A stretch of DNA of 55,222 nucleotides from Trichinella spiralis (lineage: Eukaryota). The notes under the pieces are model-generated. The model saw only the letters and a list, made by a program, of their open reading frames with translations, was not told the origin of the DNA and made no database searches. Shown piece after piece: positions 1 through 18,664 of this stretch. A program made the position numbers and the translations under genes. The stretch lies in the NCBI RefSeq assembly GCF_000181795.1, contig NW_003526944.1, forward strand, positions 1,828,585-1,883,806. The letters are read 5' to 3'. Every line of letters begins with the position of its first letter. Within the stretch, counting starts at the first letter, position 1.

Positions 1-441
1 TAGAAGTTTTGGCGGCGGTTTGAGAAATTATATAAATTGATCGAATGAGCGTTGTTTGGAAAATGAACAATTTTGTAAATTTATTTAAAAGATTAATTTA
101 AATAAAAATTGGCATAAAAAAAGAAAAAAATCATTAAAGCAGTGGTTCAATTATTATTATTATTATTTTAGCATTTTATTTTCTTCGATCGAATGTCACT
201 TTTGTAAGTAAAAAAGGCAAATCATAGCATCAAATATTTTTTAAAAAATTGCTAAATTGTGCAAAGTGAGTAAGTGAAAAGCCTCGAAATGAGAAGAGCT
301 CAATTGAAAAATACTGTTTTTTTTAGTTTTTCAAACAATATTTATTTACATCAATTATTATCATATTGGCGGTTTTACATCAGTTTCAGTGTACTTTTGT
401 AGAGAGAGTTCAGATTGTTTGTTCGCTTTTCCTAAAGCCGG

Positions 442-3324
<2,883 letters not shown>

Positions 3325-6300
3325 TCAAAGATGCACAACCAGCGGCCAAGGCGCCAATCGACCGGCGCCCCGTCCCTCGACCCTGCACAACAACCTGCCA
3401 CGCCGGACCAGTGTTGAGTGGTCGATCCGACGTTGCTCAATCCAAACTCCGACTGTCCATTTCATTCGTGCAACGTGTACAAACAACCAAACAAACACTG
3501 GAAAAGTTCGTATAGCACAAATTAATTAATTAATTAATAATAATTGCTTCTTCTTCTTCTGTCTCTTCTACCTCAATCAAGTGTACAGTTCGTTGTTGTT
3601 GTTGTTGTTATTATTTGTATTATTTGCTGTTGTTGTTGTCGTCTTGATCGTCACAAAATCGATCGATCGAACTGTCGTGCCCAAATCGGCGTTGCCAAAC
3701 CAAAAGCCAACCAAATCACCAAACACCAGACAGCCTCCAATTATTTCACAATATCAGTATTGGATTAAAGAAAATAAATAATTACGCATAAATTTTCAAC
3801 AACAATAAATTAACAATTATCAATTGCGAAAATCGTCAATCATCATCAATCGTGTGGCAATTTTGAACGTTGAAATAGAAAAGAATTAAACAGCCCCAAT
3901 AATTTTACTTGTTTCACATTCTCTCAATTAGAATTCACATGCAGACACACACACACACACACATACACACATACACAGGCGCGCGCCGACGCTCGCGCGC
4001 GCATATTTCTTGCTTTCAAGTCGCTGAGATGAAATTTATTCGCGGATTGAATATTTTGAAACGGAACTCGCCCATTCGTCATTTCAAATATTACACTCCA
4101 CCTCCACTTCCATCTCCTCTTTGTTGACCATCAGCGGCTAATAATGCAACGTCAACAGGTGAACAACAAGAAATTATAAAAACAAAGAAATATTATTATC
4201 CTTTCTATATTCCACCATCTCGACTGATAATGCATTGAACGGCATGCAAACGGGAAAATATATAAAATGTGCACAGTCGAAGAACAAAATTAAAAAAAAT
4301 ACTCCAAATTTGACAATTCAACAAAGTGATCATAATATTTGCAAAAAAACAAAGAAATATGAATAGAAATGCTATTTTTCCAAAAAAATTTTTTTCAATT
4401 TCTATTCATAATTATATAGTGATTATGTTGAAAAATGACAATCAGGTAAGATGGTAACCTAGTTTGAAGTGAACTTTTTCAATTTCTACAAATCATTTCT
4501 TACTTTTGAAAAATCACATACGATACTGAAGAACAATTTCCAATTTTTTTCTTTTTGTTGATTTTATTTTTCCTTCTCTTCCATTTGGTCAGTTCAGTTT
4601 GCAATTTAACAATTTCAAATATTCAAACAAATATTTTACACTAATCCTAGTTTAATAAAAGTAAAACGCAAAAAATACCAATAATAATAATAAGATGAAA
4701 AAAAACTGTTCAATATTCAACATTTGCACATACAAGCTGACAGATAGACGAATGCAATCATGCAAAATGCATGTTGAAAATACTAAACAATTGAAATCAT
4801 GCGATTGAGGTGAAATTCTCTACAACCAAGCAGCTGCTTTAAATAAAATATAATTGCAACGTTGAGGAAAATTAGTCATATAATTAGCCTACGACGTTTC
4901 ACGCAAATCGACACAGCATGAATACGAGCGAAACATCCTCTAAACGAGAATATGCGACTGACTGTAAACAACCAGAAACGTCCGCTGATCAAATCTTACA
5001 ATCGCTGCTGCTTGATCGCTAAGAGGATGATTAATTTTCCTCTTTCTGTTTTTAATTCATTTTTCTTAAATTTCATATCCTTTTGAAAAGCACAAATGCA
5101 AAAAATAAAAAATTCCAATAATATCTATCTTGAAAATCTATCTTAAAAAAATGATCATTTCTCGGTTCATCATCAAATTCCGCACCTGTCGACAAATGCG
5201 CCTTTTCTGAATGATGATTAATTAACGCAAACGGCCGCATCAGCAAGCAATCAAGCTAAATTCGCAAAAATCTGCCAATCTATCCAATCTGACAATCATG
5301 TGGATATACAAATTTCTGATTAATTAATAATAAATGTGCAACCAAAGGAGAAAGTACTTTTTGTATACGATGAACATTTCAGAATGAATTTTTCACACAC
5401 AAAACTGCACAACATACACTGCTTTTTGGTGTTCATCGACGGAATTGACTTTCAGAAACGCTTTTATGATAGGTATAAAAAAACAGATTATATTAAAGAG
5501 CAAAGAAAAAAAACCATTGCACAACAGAAAATCAGTCGATGAAAAACAAGCGTTTTATTAAATGCGCGCAATTCAGGCGAAACCGCTTGCGTCATGGCGG
5601 TCCCACCAAAAGTCGCAATCCGACAACATGAGCATGCAATCACTTGAAAACACATGATAGCTTCTTCAGCAATTCAGAAAGCGGCAACGTGTCAGAGAAG
5701 AATTATGCTATAACAAGCTCAACTAGTCAACTTAGTCGTTATTTTCCGCACAGCGCAGTCTGCAGCAATCGCAATATTATTTCGAAAGCAGAACTGCTGG
5801 TCATTTGGGAAAGCAATTTTCTTTCAGACATCTACTTATAACAATACTGCTTTAAATATACTACCGTGGACTGATCAAAATTATCGAAACAAAAAATCCA
5901 ATTAATAACTAATTTATATTATCAAAGTGTGAATTGTGTATAGCATGGGTTTCTATTTATCGCATGAAAATCTGACGCAAGATTTTGTAAATTTACGTCA
6001 CTCTTCGCTAATTGTCATGTTATTAACCAATAAACATAAATTACTTGAAAATCAGTTACAGTAAGTGACATTCATTCATCCATCACACTCGCAATGTACT
6101 TGAAAATTTAATCAAATCTGTGACAATTACAATTAACACAGGAAATCGCTATGTTACAAAAGCTAAATAGGCCAAGCTTCTTTTACTGAAGTCTACGCCA
6201 TCTTTTTGAAACATAAACTAAATCAGCCATTCTACATTTATTTCAAATAAATAATGATGGGGCAAATTCCGATTTATTACAATATTAAAATAATTTAATT

Positions 6301-8455
6301 TGATGCAGAAAAAGGGTTTTAGCATTTATAATTTTATATAATCTTCACTCCAATATTTACCAGCCGAAAACTACAGTTTAAAAAAACGTAATTTAAAATT
6401 ATTAACTCCCTTCTATTGCGACTATTATGGAGCACAAAACCCTGTGCACATACAGTAGAAGTAGTAGTAGTGGTAATAATGCATATGACCGTAAAAGAAA
6501 CTGATGCCAGTTATTAAAAACACGAAACTATACTCGCTAATATATAATAAATCAATAAAAGTATAACTTTACCTTTTCTTAATATGAGCGAAAAGTTGAT
6601 GCGGATACGTTGGATGGTGACACAAGCGAATACTTAAAACCGTAAGGCAAAACAGAAATAATCGGTTGTTTTCAAGTTTCCAATCGGCCAACGCTGATCC
6701 AATTTCATTCTGCAGCAAATTTAAGATGCAAATTGAACACTGCGACTCAATTAGAGGAGATGAAGCCGCTTTGAGTGGTCGATTAGATCGTCTTCGATCG
6801 CAGTTGTCCGCATAAAGGTGCCAACAACGCTCTTGGACTTGTAGTAGTAGTAGAATGTTGCAAATTGCAGAAACGGACGACACTTGCAAGAGTTGGCTTT
6901 TATCATCATTTGGTGAAAAGCACTAAAATGCAATAATCCGACATGAATGAGTCGTTTAAACACCTCTCCAAGGTGCACGCCTGCATAATACAATAACGCT
7001 GCGACCAATGACTTATCGATTGGATAGAGTTAACAATTTGCAGAGAGAAGTTCTGCGCTCAGTGACGATGGCAATCAACATTACTTCATCATTTTAATGT
7101 CAACTCTAATTTCTCAAAAACCGTAAAAATGTTTTCATTCGAACGTTTTGAAAAGTATTCGAGGAAATTTTAAAAAATATCTATTTCCTATCATCATGTG
7201 AAAATATTTTTTCAAAACGACACTTCCGTCACAAATATACGACACAAAACTATTGTTTACTTAATAAAAGGTGTGCGATTGCGCAAAATGTAATAATGTT
7301 ATACAAATGAAAGCTTTTTCTCCCATCTGAATACATCTCTGAATAAATTATTCGTCTGAAACGACTTTCACATGACAAAATACGTCATCAATCACAAAAA
7401 TGTTCTTCAATTTTTAAATATTCCGAAACACATTACGTTTAAAGACCATGAGAACTAATGCAGTTATGATTCAAATTTACCTAATTGGTAGGAGTAACTT
7501 ATGCACAATTTACCAGTTTAGAATTTTTTAATAAAAATAAACAATAAAATATATTCTTAGTAAATTGGCGATAATTTTATAAGTAAAATTAGTTCCATTT
7601 CATTCATTATGTAAAAATAATCATAAAAGAAACGTTTCATGTAAAATTTGCCGGAGGAAAAACTTGATGAATTCAACTGAAAATCGAAAACCATGCTAAT
7701 TATTGCTTTATCTTAGTGGATTAGAAAAACGAACAGTTTTTTGCTAAACGAATACTTCACAACTCTTTCCGCACTTGTATTTATACATTATTGATTACAG
7801 CTCAGCATCTTCCTACATTCGAGTAACTATGACAAGCAATATTTTTCTGATTTCAAACTTCAATTAACCTGTTCTTATTTCAGATAAAAATGATGATCAC
7901 TCTTTGTGGAAATTTTATTATGATCATTAATGTCTAGTACTATTACAAATTGTAATCGCTGACCCATTTCAATAACCATAGAGTAATATAAATAAAATGA
8001 GATTTATTTTCTTGATTGTCATACTGTATCATTAAACAACATAAGTATAAGTACACGTAGCATTTTCGATTACTTAAAATTGAAATTAAAATGAAATATG
8101 TATTTAAAAATAATACAGATTGTTTATACAATTGATTTTATATAAAAATAAATATTTTTTCGAACGTAATTAATACTGTTATCGTAGCTATTTCGTCATT
8201 TATTATACTGTAGTTTTGAGAAAATTGTTAGTCAAAAAATTAATCAATTAAATAAAAGTTGCTTTTCAATTGCTAATATATTTATTTTCAAGCAAATTTA
8301 TCACGTAAATATTTAATAGCGTTGGTGTGTGACGTAATTCATTATTGTGTCAAACATGACATTCAGGTTAAAACGTACCGTATGGCGTTGTTAGTTGCTT
8401 GCTATCATTTCATTAGTGTTGCGTGGCGGAGGACGTTGCTCAGTTCTTCGCGTTA

Positions 8456-8535
8456 ACAAACTTCTAATAAAAGACAAAAAAATTTATAAAATACAGAAAT
8501 CACCAAAAAACTGGTTATTTTTGAAAAATATTAAA
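8456..8535 (+). promoter_or_regulatory. A-rich tract in the PABP 5' UTR (candidate autoregulatory sequence)
   Basis: Oligo(A) runs (aacaaa...aataaaagacaaaaaaatttataaaatacagaaatcaccaaaaaa...gaaaaata) lie upstream of a UTR intron (8588 gtaagt to 8640 ttttcag) and the ATG at 8667. Confidence 0.5.
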
Positions 8536-8654
8536 TTGTTCTTTGTGCTTTTACCTTGTTTGTAAATCGACTTTAATTTCGTGTTTGGTAAGTTTCATGG
8601 TTTGATTTGTTTACCTTCATGAATTGGTTTTTTTTTTCAGAAAAACTTATTTGA

Positions 8655-11884
<3,230 letters not shown>

Positions 11885-12398
11885 ATAATGAAATAAGAAG
11901 AACTGTATTACAGCAGCACAATAATCATTAGTTACTCATCGACTTCAGTTTGTGGTCATTAATAATACTTTCAATTAATTTATACCGATTTATCGAAACT
12001 TTTACAGCAAACCTGCTTTGGTAATATTAAGAGAAATTAAACATAATTTTTTCTTTTTTAAATTTACATGTAAGCAGCTCATTCTGAAAGTATTGCTTAT
12101 ATAATATTATTTCAACTTTCTTCATCTCAATTTTATACGATTGGTACTCCTATTTACGTACATCATCTACCCTATTTGTGTATGCTGCTGCTTCGATGGA
12201 CGACAGTAAGCGCTTAACATTTTTCTGGAAGTCTTGTTTGTTGTTTGGTTCGGTAAATAGTAAACGTTTATTTTATCCAATTTGATTTGTTTCCGCAACG
12301 CCAACGCGCGCATCGGTGTCGCAAAGTAGTAGAATATTTTTAAAAAGCAGAGCAGTTAGTTAGCTCAGTGATGATTTTAGGTGACGATCAGTGGAACC

Positions 12399-13007
12399 AT
12401 GTCTGATGATGACGTCAACAGGAAGACCAGCATATTTTTGCACCAGGTGGCGTTGCAGTTTTTGAACAGCGCGCCGATGCTGGCATGCGATTGTTACAGA
12501 AAATGTGCAACGTTGAGGAAGAAGAACAGCAACCGCTTTGCAGAAAAATACGGCCAGTGCGACGGCTGCGGTGCGTTGCTGATAGCCGGCATCAGCGGCA
12601 GCTTCCGCAAAACGATGCAAATCAAACTGGGCCGTCGACTGTTGAAAATCCGACGTCGTCTACAGTACAACAACAGTGGAGGAATATCGAAATTCGAAAG
12701 CTCACTGTTGGAGCGTTGGAACCGGCGCCGCGGCGCTTTGGTGCTCCAGTGCAAATTTTGCTCGACACTGAAGCGCTTGCGCTGGTTGAAAAGCGATCCG
12801 GACCTGGTACTCAGGTGGAATTCGAAACGTTTCACCAGGGTGGAGAAGAAGCTATCGTCTGCCAAGCGTCGCAAAGTGGCTTGTTCCAAGCTGCAACTGC
12901 TCTTGAAAAGCAATGACAATTACAGACCGCCCGCTTCTTGCGATCTGTCAACATTTCTCAATTCTGTCGGCCACTCTGATGCTGCTGGTCCATCTTCTGC
13001 CCAGTGA
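12399..13007 (+). CDS. C18orf21: Rpr2/Rpp21/Snm1-family zinc protein, C18orf21 (RMP24, RNase MRP subunit)-like; single coding exon
   Basis: FLHQVA N-terminal helix. CDGCGALLIAG and LVLQCKFC CxxC pairs separated by a long basic insert. C-terminal LQLLL...DLSTFLNSV resembles C18orf21 tails. Acceptor ttttag at 12380, ATG at 12399. Confidence 0.75.
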   Translation: MSDDDVNRKTSIFLHQVALQFLNSAPMLACDCYRKCATLRKKNSNRFAEKYGQCDGCGALLIAGISGSFRKTMQIKLGRRLLKIRRRLQYNNSGGISKFESSLLERWNRRRGALVLQCKFCSTLKRLRWLKSDPDLVLRWNSKRFTRVEKKLSSAKRRKVACSKLQLLLKSNDNYRPPASCDLSTFLNSVGHSDAAGPSSAQ

Positions 13008-13538
13008 CTGTTCTTTTTTTCACGTTTTTTTAATATATAACATTTTTGAAATAGGCGACAAATTTGTTCTGTTCAAAAATTTCAGCTTCTAACTGACAAT
13101 AAATTATTTGTAACAATGTATTATGTTTCAAATCGAATTATATAGATATATACACTGGTTACGTTTTCGAACGCGTATTGTTGAATGCGATTTCTGAAAG
13201 TCACCGTAGGGTAGATGTGATTTCAAGTTGATAGCCAACAGATTAAATTGGGATGGTGAAAACTGCATTGATCAAAAATTTAAGCTAAGCCGAACGAGTA
13301 CAGAACAGGAAACGTTTTTCATCAACTTTTGTCACAGAAACTTGTCAGTTAACTTTTTAAAGAGCGTGAGTCTTTTTCAAAACAAGTCGGTTCAACGTAC
13401 AACGGCTTAGTACGGTAGAACTAACCTGTCGATCACAGTAATGCAAGTACGAATCGTTTGAAATTTTAACGAGATAAAAATAACATTTTAATATTTAAAT
13501 TCAGCTCTTCAAAAATCAAACTTTTACTTGTTTTGCTG

Positions 13539-16500
13539 TCAGTATGACCAAGCAGGATTTAAAATGGATCCTTCGATCGGCGCTTCGTAATAGTCATATT
13601 CAAAGTCTTGCTCAGGTTCGGCAAAACTACATCCGGAAGGAGTGGCCGATTTCGACGTGCTCTGCACTGTAGGCTGAACAAAAGGGATGGCAACGTCGGC
13701 GCTGAGACGTGTAGTTTGGGTCTGCATTGAAACCTGCATTTCAGTTTGTGACATTCGACTGTCGACAGTAGGATCGGACAGGCGACGTCGTTTGGATATT
13801 TTGTCGCTGGGTGGGTCGACAGTGGAGAATTTGTCCACATTTCTGACCAAGCTGGTAAAATGGTGAAGCAGATTTGTTACCCGATTTCGGATGCTGACGA
13901 AGACCATCACCGCCAACGCCAGCAGAACCAAAACCGACACGCCGGCGGTTGAGCCGATTTCAACGGTTCGCTTTTTCTGCAAACGGTTCTGATCTTCGCC
14001 CATCGTAATGGAACCAGCAGTACTGAACGTGTAGCGTATCAAGCCTGGCTCGGCTTCACGTTCGTCCCCATCACCGGCGTCGTTAGGCGCAAGCGGTTCC
14101 AGTTGGACCAGCGCTTGGGAACGCGATGAGCTGAAGCGGCCGAATTCGTTTTTGGACGAGTCGAACAGCACAGCCGAGCTGACGTTCGGACCGTCTCGAA
14201 TCCAAAGATGCCATCGGTGTTGGTTTGAGGACAGCCACCGGCCAATGTCCACCGAAAATTGGACACTGGTCGTCGTGTTGTCGGTCGACTGCAAAAACCA
14301 CAAGCCGGAAGCGTTTTCACACCAGCTCACCTTCCTGGGCAGCACTATCAGGCCTGGCGTCGTCAGTGTACAGCCACCACAGACGCAGTGGCCGGCGTCT
14401 GAGTGGAGTCGAGACGGTTGTTCTTCGGCAACTTAAATTCGCTGTTGTTCAACCAGAGAAGAACGAAAAGCCGATCCGCTTGATCAACTTTGCTCGTCTT
14501 ACCTGGACACGGCAGACGGGGACACGGAATGGTCTCCAGACCCGAGCCTTTGCAATATTGGCCACCGAATGCAGGTTTGGGATTGTTGCAGAGCCGCAAG
14601 CGATGCTTCACCGAATGCTCGCCGCACGTATCCGTACAAGAACTCCACGACTGCCATGCTGACCACTGTCCATCGGTGGACATGTCTTAATGGAACAATT
14701 GGACAAGGATGAATATATATAAATCGAAGAGGAATTGGATTTTTTTCGAAATCAAGCAAATCCATGTCCGGCCATTCCTTCTTTCGTGCTATCCCGCCAC
14801 TCGTTGTCCTGTCATGTAGAGATTCAAAGAGCCGTTGGGATTTTTCCCGAAATGGATCAATGGGTCCAATCGACAACGATCATTAATTTTCCTAGTGCAA
14901 TAATCGGCTTGCCATTTCAACGCCGCGACCATCTCATGCCTAATTGCCAGGTGAGTAGTGTATTGAATGTGCAAATTGACCGCCTTTGTCTGACCGCGTG
15001 CGCGCGTGCCGGATCCCCCCATTCCCAACCGGATGCCAAGCCCGGGGCCGGAACAAATTTGAATACGTCTGTCACGCGAACTAGTTTTGGGAAATTTTGA
15101 ATTTAGCCCGAAAATTGAATCTCGTCTAAAGCCGCGAAATCCATTTTTCGATTTCTTTTTCGTGTATATCAAATTGTTCCTTTTTTTTCTTTCCAATTGT
15201 TGACCAAGTGAAACGAAATGTAATTTGATTTTCAAGGTCAAGGCGATCGCAGCGGGTCAAGGGTGTGGCAATGGAAGCAACAATGAATGACAGCATCGAT
15301 TGCGCGTCGTTGTGAAATTCGCTTGCGGAAGCCACATTACGCGATATTAATCTGCTTGATCGAGATAAAACAAGAACCAATTTGATCTCTGCGATGGCCA
15401 TTATTACTATTATTATTCTCTCCGTTGTTCAATCATTGTTTGTTTGTCAGTGTGTTTCCCAAGGTTCGGTTCTGATTTTTTCTAGGGCAAATGCAAATTT
15501 ATGATTTGATCTCTTTGATAATTTGAAATGCATTTCATTTGTTGGCCAGGAAAGGGGAAATTTGTTTCAAATATTGCTTAGTTCCGATCGATAAATTGCA
15601 CTATTACTGTGGGAGTGTAAATTTCAATTTCCGCCTTCGAACCGACCGATTGACGCGTAGGTGCCATAATTACCGACATACATACAAACACACAGACACA
15701 GACACACAACTTACTGGACTTTCGCTCCGTCGGTACGCAGCGTTGGGCCAAATGCCGCACCAGACCGTCGTCGTGCACCGACACCAACCGGAAACAATAC
15801 TCGGGATAGATCAGGTCGAACAAAGCGCATTGGAATTCCACGACCGCGTCCGCGGCGACCAACGCCCTTTCGGCGACGTACACGCCGCGACGGCCCACTT
15901 CCATCGGCCTGTGGCGACGGTCGCGCACGGCGAACAAACGCACTCGGTACAGAGTGGACGCGGCCGGACAGTGGGACGGCGTCCGAGCGCCGACCACCAC
16001 CCCGCCCCTTTCGCAGGGAAAAAGCCGGTCGGCCCGGCAGTGGACCGCGTAGGCGGGCCAGTGGTCCACGGTCAGCCGGTTGCTTTCGAAGTCCCCGGCT
16101 TTGCCGTGCAGTCGAATTTGGTACTGACCGGGCCGGTCGAACAGTTGGCACGGGATGTTCAGCTTGTCGGACAGCACGGTTTTCCAGTTGGTGAAATTTG
16201 CCAACACCACCGCCACGCTTTTTCCCGACACGAACCTTTCGACTTCCAAGTCGATCAATTCCGCATTATTGAACAGCGGTTGACCGTTGGACAGTTGGTC
16301 AACTTGGTCAGTGTCCAGCAGTTTCCCGTACACGTTCGTCGAGAACGTTTCGAACCGTTCGGGCAGGATGCGAAATTTGAACGTATGATAATTTGTCGAT
16401 GCTGCTGCTGCTGCGACAGTGGTGTTGTCGTCGACCAGTGGAGAAATTTCGTCGACGCTCTCATCATTTACCAATTTTAGCCGTATATTTCCATGAATCC

Positions 16501-16555
16501 CATTACCGCTGACAAAGCAGCATACGATAAATACCAACAACAGCAGTGGCAGCAT
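13539..16555 (-). CDS. gogo: Golden goal/THSD1-like type I membrane receptor (signal peptide, Cys-rich N-terminal domain, TSP1, CUB-like, TM, cytoplasmic tail); exons about 16555-15714, 14686-14503, 14431-13539
   Basis: Signal peptide MLPLLLLVFIVCCF. TSP1 DGQWSAWQSWSSCTDTCG...RLRLCNNPKPAFGGQYCKG. CVCGC linker, TM VSVLVLLALAVMVFV and cytoplasmic DFEYDYYE. Splice phases checked by hand. Confidence 0.8.
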
Positions 16556-16844
16556 CGCCAGTGCCGCATTTTCTGCAATAAAAAGCCAAACGACCAAACC
16601 GACCGACCCCGGCTCTTTATTCCTATTATATCAATCACCAGTCGTCGCGCCCGCCCCCTGGTGACTGTGTCTGTCTCTTCATCCCGAAGATCGATTTTTC
16701 AACGCGACTGCTATTTGCGCGCGTGTGTGAAGCCGTGAAGCCGCTTATCTTATTCTGTTCGAACTCGCTCGCTTATTATTCAGTCGCACTGCGCCATCAG
16801 GCTCGATTTCAATCAGTAGACTCTTAATTAATGAAAAGCTGAAT

Positions 16845-16867
16845 AACTAACTAACTAACTAACTAAC
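16845..16867. repeat. (TAAC)n tetranucleotide repeat
   Basis: taactaactaactaactaactaac. Confidence 0.85.
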
Positions 16868-17046
16868 TGGCCATCCATTAATGTATATATATACTGCTGT
16901 CGATGGGACAAAAATGCGCGCGCACATTGTCGAAAAATCCAATCAAAAAACAAAAACTAATAATAATAATAATAATTTTATATGAATACATTGTGTTTGT
17001 TAATAATGTAGTCAAATGAATTGAATAATAATAATTTTAAAAAAAT

Positions 17047-18490
17047 TCAATTGTCCGAATCCAACAACGTGCCACGACGGTGCTCTTTTTTCAACCGCTC
17101 CGCTTCGACGAACTTTAAAAATACGTTTTTATAATATCATTTACAAAAAAGTAAAAATAAAAAATTTAAATTACCTGTTCAGCACCCCGTCTGTTGAGCA
17201 TTCCTTTGCGACGCATCTGCTTTTCGACCACAATTGCATTGTTCGAATAGGAAGCGGCAATTTCCTTCTGAAAATCACCCCAACAATTATTATTTCATTT
17301 TCACACTCTTCCGTCTTTAACAAATGTTTGAAGAGAAAATTGATTTTTTTTTCTCTTTGTTTTCAGTCGAGAAATAAAATCACCTGTCTGTTTTCTGTGG
17401 ATGGTCGAAATTGATCGAATAAAAATTATAATTAATTAAACGTGCAAAAATCTCTGTGAAAAGGTGTTTTCTTCTTTTTTTTATCAAAGAAATTTTCACT
17501 AAATCAAATTATGTTATATTTAGGAAGTGTGCTTGGTTGGTGTGTTGGGCGTGAAAGAAGTGTAAAAAATAATTTATTAATTGATCACAGATTGGTTATT
17601 GAAGGCAAAAGAAGGCCAGCAGCAGCAGCAGCAGTGCGGTAAGCAAGGCTTGTAAATTTCCCACTTGCTTTCGACGCTTGACCTGTTCCTCTTATTACAA
17701 TTGGAAAAGGAAATTTCAAGATAAGAAGCACAGCCGTAGGGGATGGATATCTGCTTTTGAATTTGCACAAAAGATTAACTCCTCCTGCACGACGACAACG
17801 CTGGAGGATAGAAATTGATCAAAATCAAAATTTACCGCTTCGAGCTCTTCTTCTTCTTCGTCAATGGTAGAAACTGTGACCGAACCGAATTTGCCGCCAC
17901 TTTTCACCATTTTCGTGATCATCACCTTCTTCGTCGTCGAAGAAGGCCCAGATCCATCAACATCGCCGTCATAACCGACGGCACTTCTGCCGACTACATC
18001 TGGTCCTGACGCTTTTGCCGTGTTCAGCTGGTCCGAACTGACCACCGCCTTGTCGACCAGGAACAAAATATCCGGTCGATCCGGCGAATAATAGAACATT
18101 ATCGCGCTGCACTGCTTGCACTCCAACCTGCACTGTACTTCTACACCTTCGGATCTATATGTATATATATACTTATGTGTTCAACAACAAACCAAGCAAA
18201 AAAAAGCAGAAACCACACACCTCGACAAATATACCGTCTCGTTGGGTTTGGAAAATGTTTTATAAGTTCCTTTTTCATTGTCCAACACGCGTGCCCTGTC
18301 TCTCGGACGAAGAGGCAGTCGATCGAGCGGTTTTTCTGCATTGAAAGTTAATTTTCAACAGTGTACCGTATAACAACAACAATCATCTACCCGAAATCAA
18401 AGCGAGCTCTCCACAGAGACAATAGTACCACTGTACTTGTTGATCTTCCACTTCTTCTACATCTTCACGATTGACAACCGTGTCGGCCAT
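17047..18490 (-). CDS. STEEP1: STEEP1 (CXorf56/UPF0428) homolog, 5 exons
   Basis: Hand translation: MADTVVNRED...WYYCLCGELALIS|EKPLDRLPLRPRDRARVLD...|SEGVEVQCRLECKQC...TKKVMITK...GKFGSVTVSTIDEEEEELEA|KEIAASYSNNAIVVEKQMRRKGM...|...RRGTLLDSDN*. This matches the CXorf56 family throughout. Confidence 0.93.
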
Positions 18491-18491
18491 C

Positions 18492-18632
18492 CTTGATCAA
18501 ATTCTTCATATTTGCATAATTAATTTCACAATATAAACACAGCAAAGTAGAACAACAGTTCGCACAGAACGACTGGACACAAATACAAACAAACAAATTT
18601 GATCTCAATTTCAAATGTATTATTTTTTTATT
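18492..18632 (-). promoter_or_regulatory. Operon-like intercistronic region WDR46->STEEP1 (poly(A) signal, Ur-like element, trans-splice acceptor)
   Basis: AATAAA at 18632-18627, stem-loop GTTC-TGTGC-GAAC (18570-18558), TACTTT (18549-18544), acceptor tcaAG 1 nt before the ATG. Confidence 0.6.
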
Positions 18633-18664
18633 TTCAATATCTTCCAACGGAAAGAAATCACAAG

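Noticed and set aside
6582..6815. Possible two-exon + strand frame (YERKVDADTLDGDTSEYLKP|KFKMQIEHCDSIRGDEAALSGRLDRLRSQLSA*) across a 74-nt GT-AG intron
   Set aside because: No in-frame ATG or convincing upstream acceptor, and no family recognised. Could be chance.
6569..7008. Two - strand ORFs of 106 and 85 aa
   Set aside because: Non-ATG starts, no recognisable homology and no clear splice structure.
15539..16480. 313-aa + strand ORF
   Set aside because: Antisense to the GC-rich first exon of the gogo-like gene, which has the signal peptide and the splice sites.
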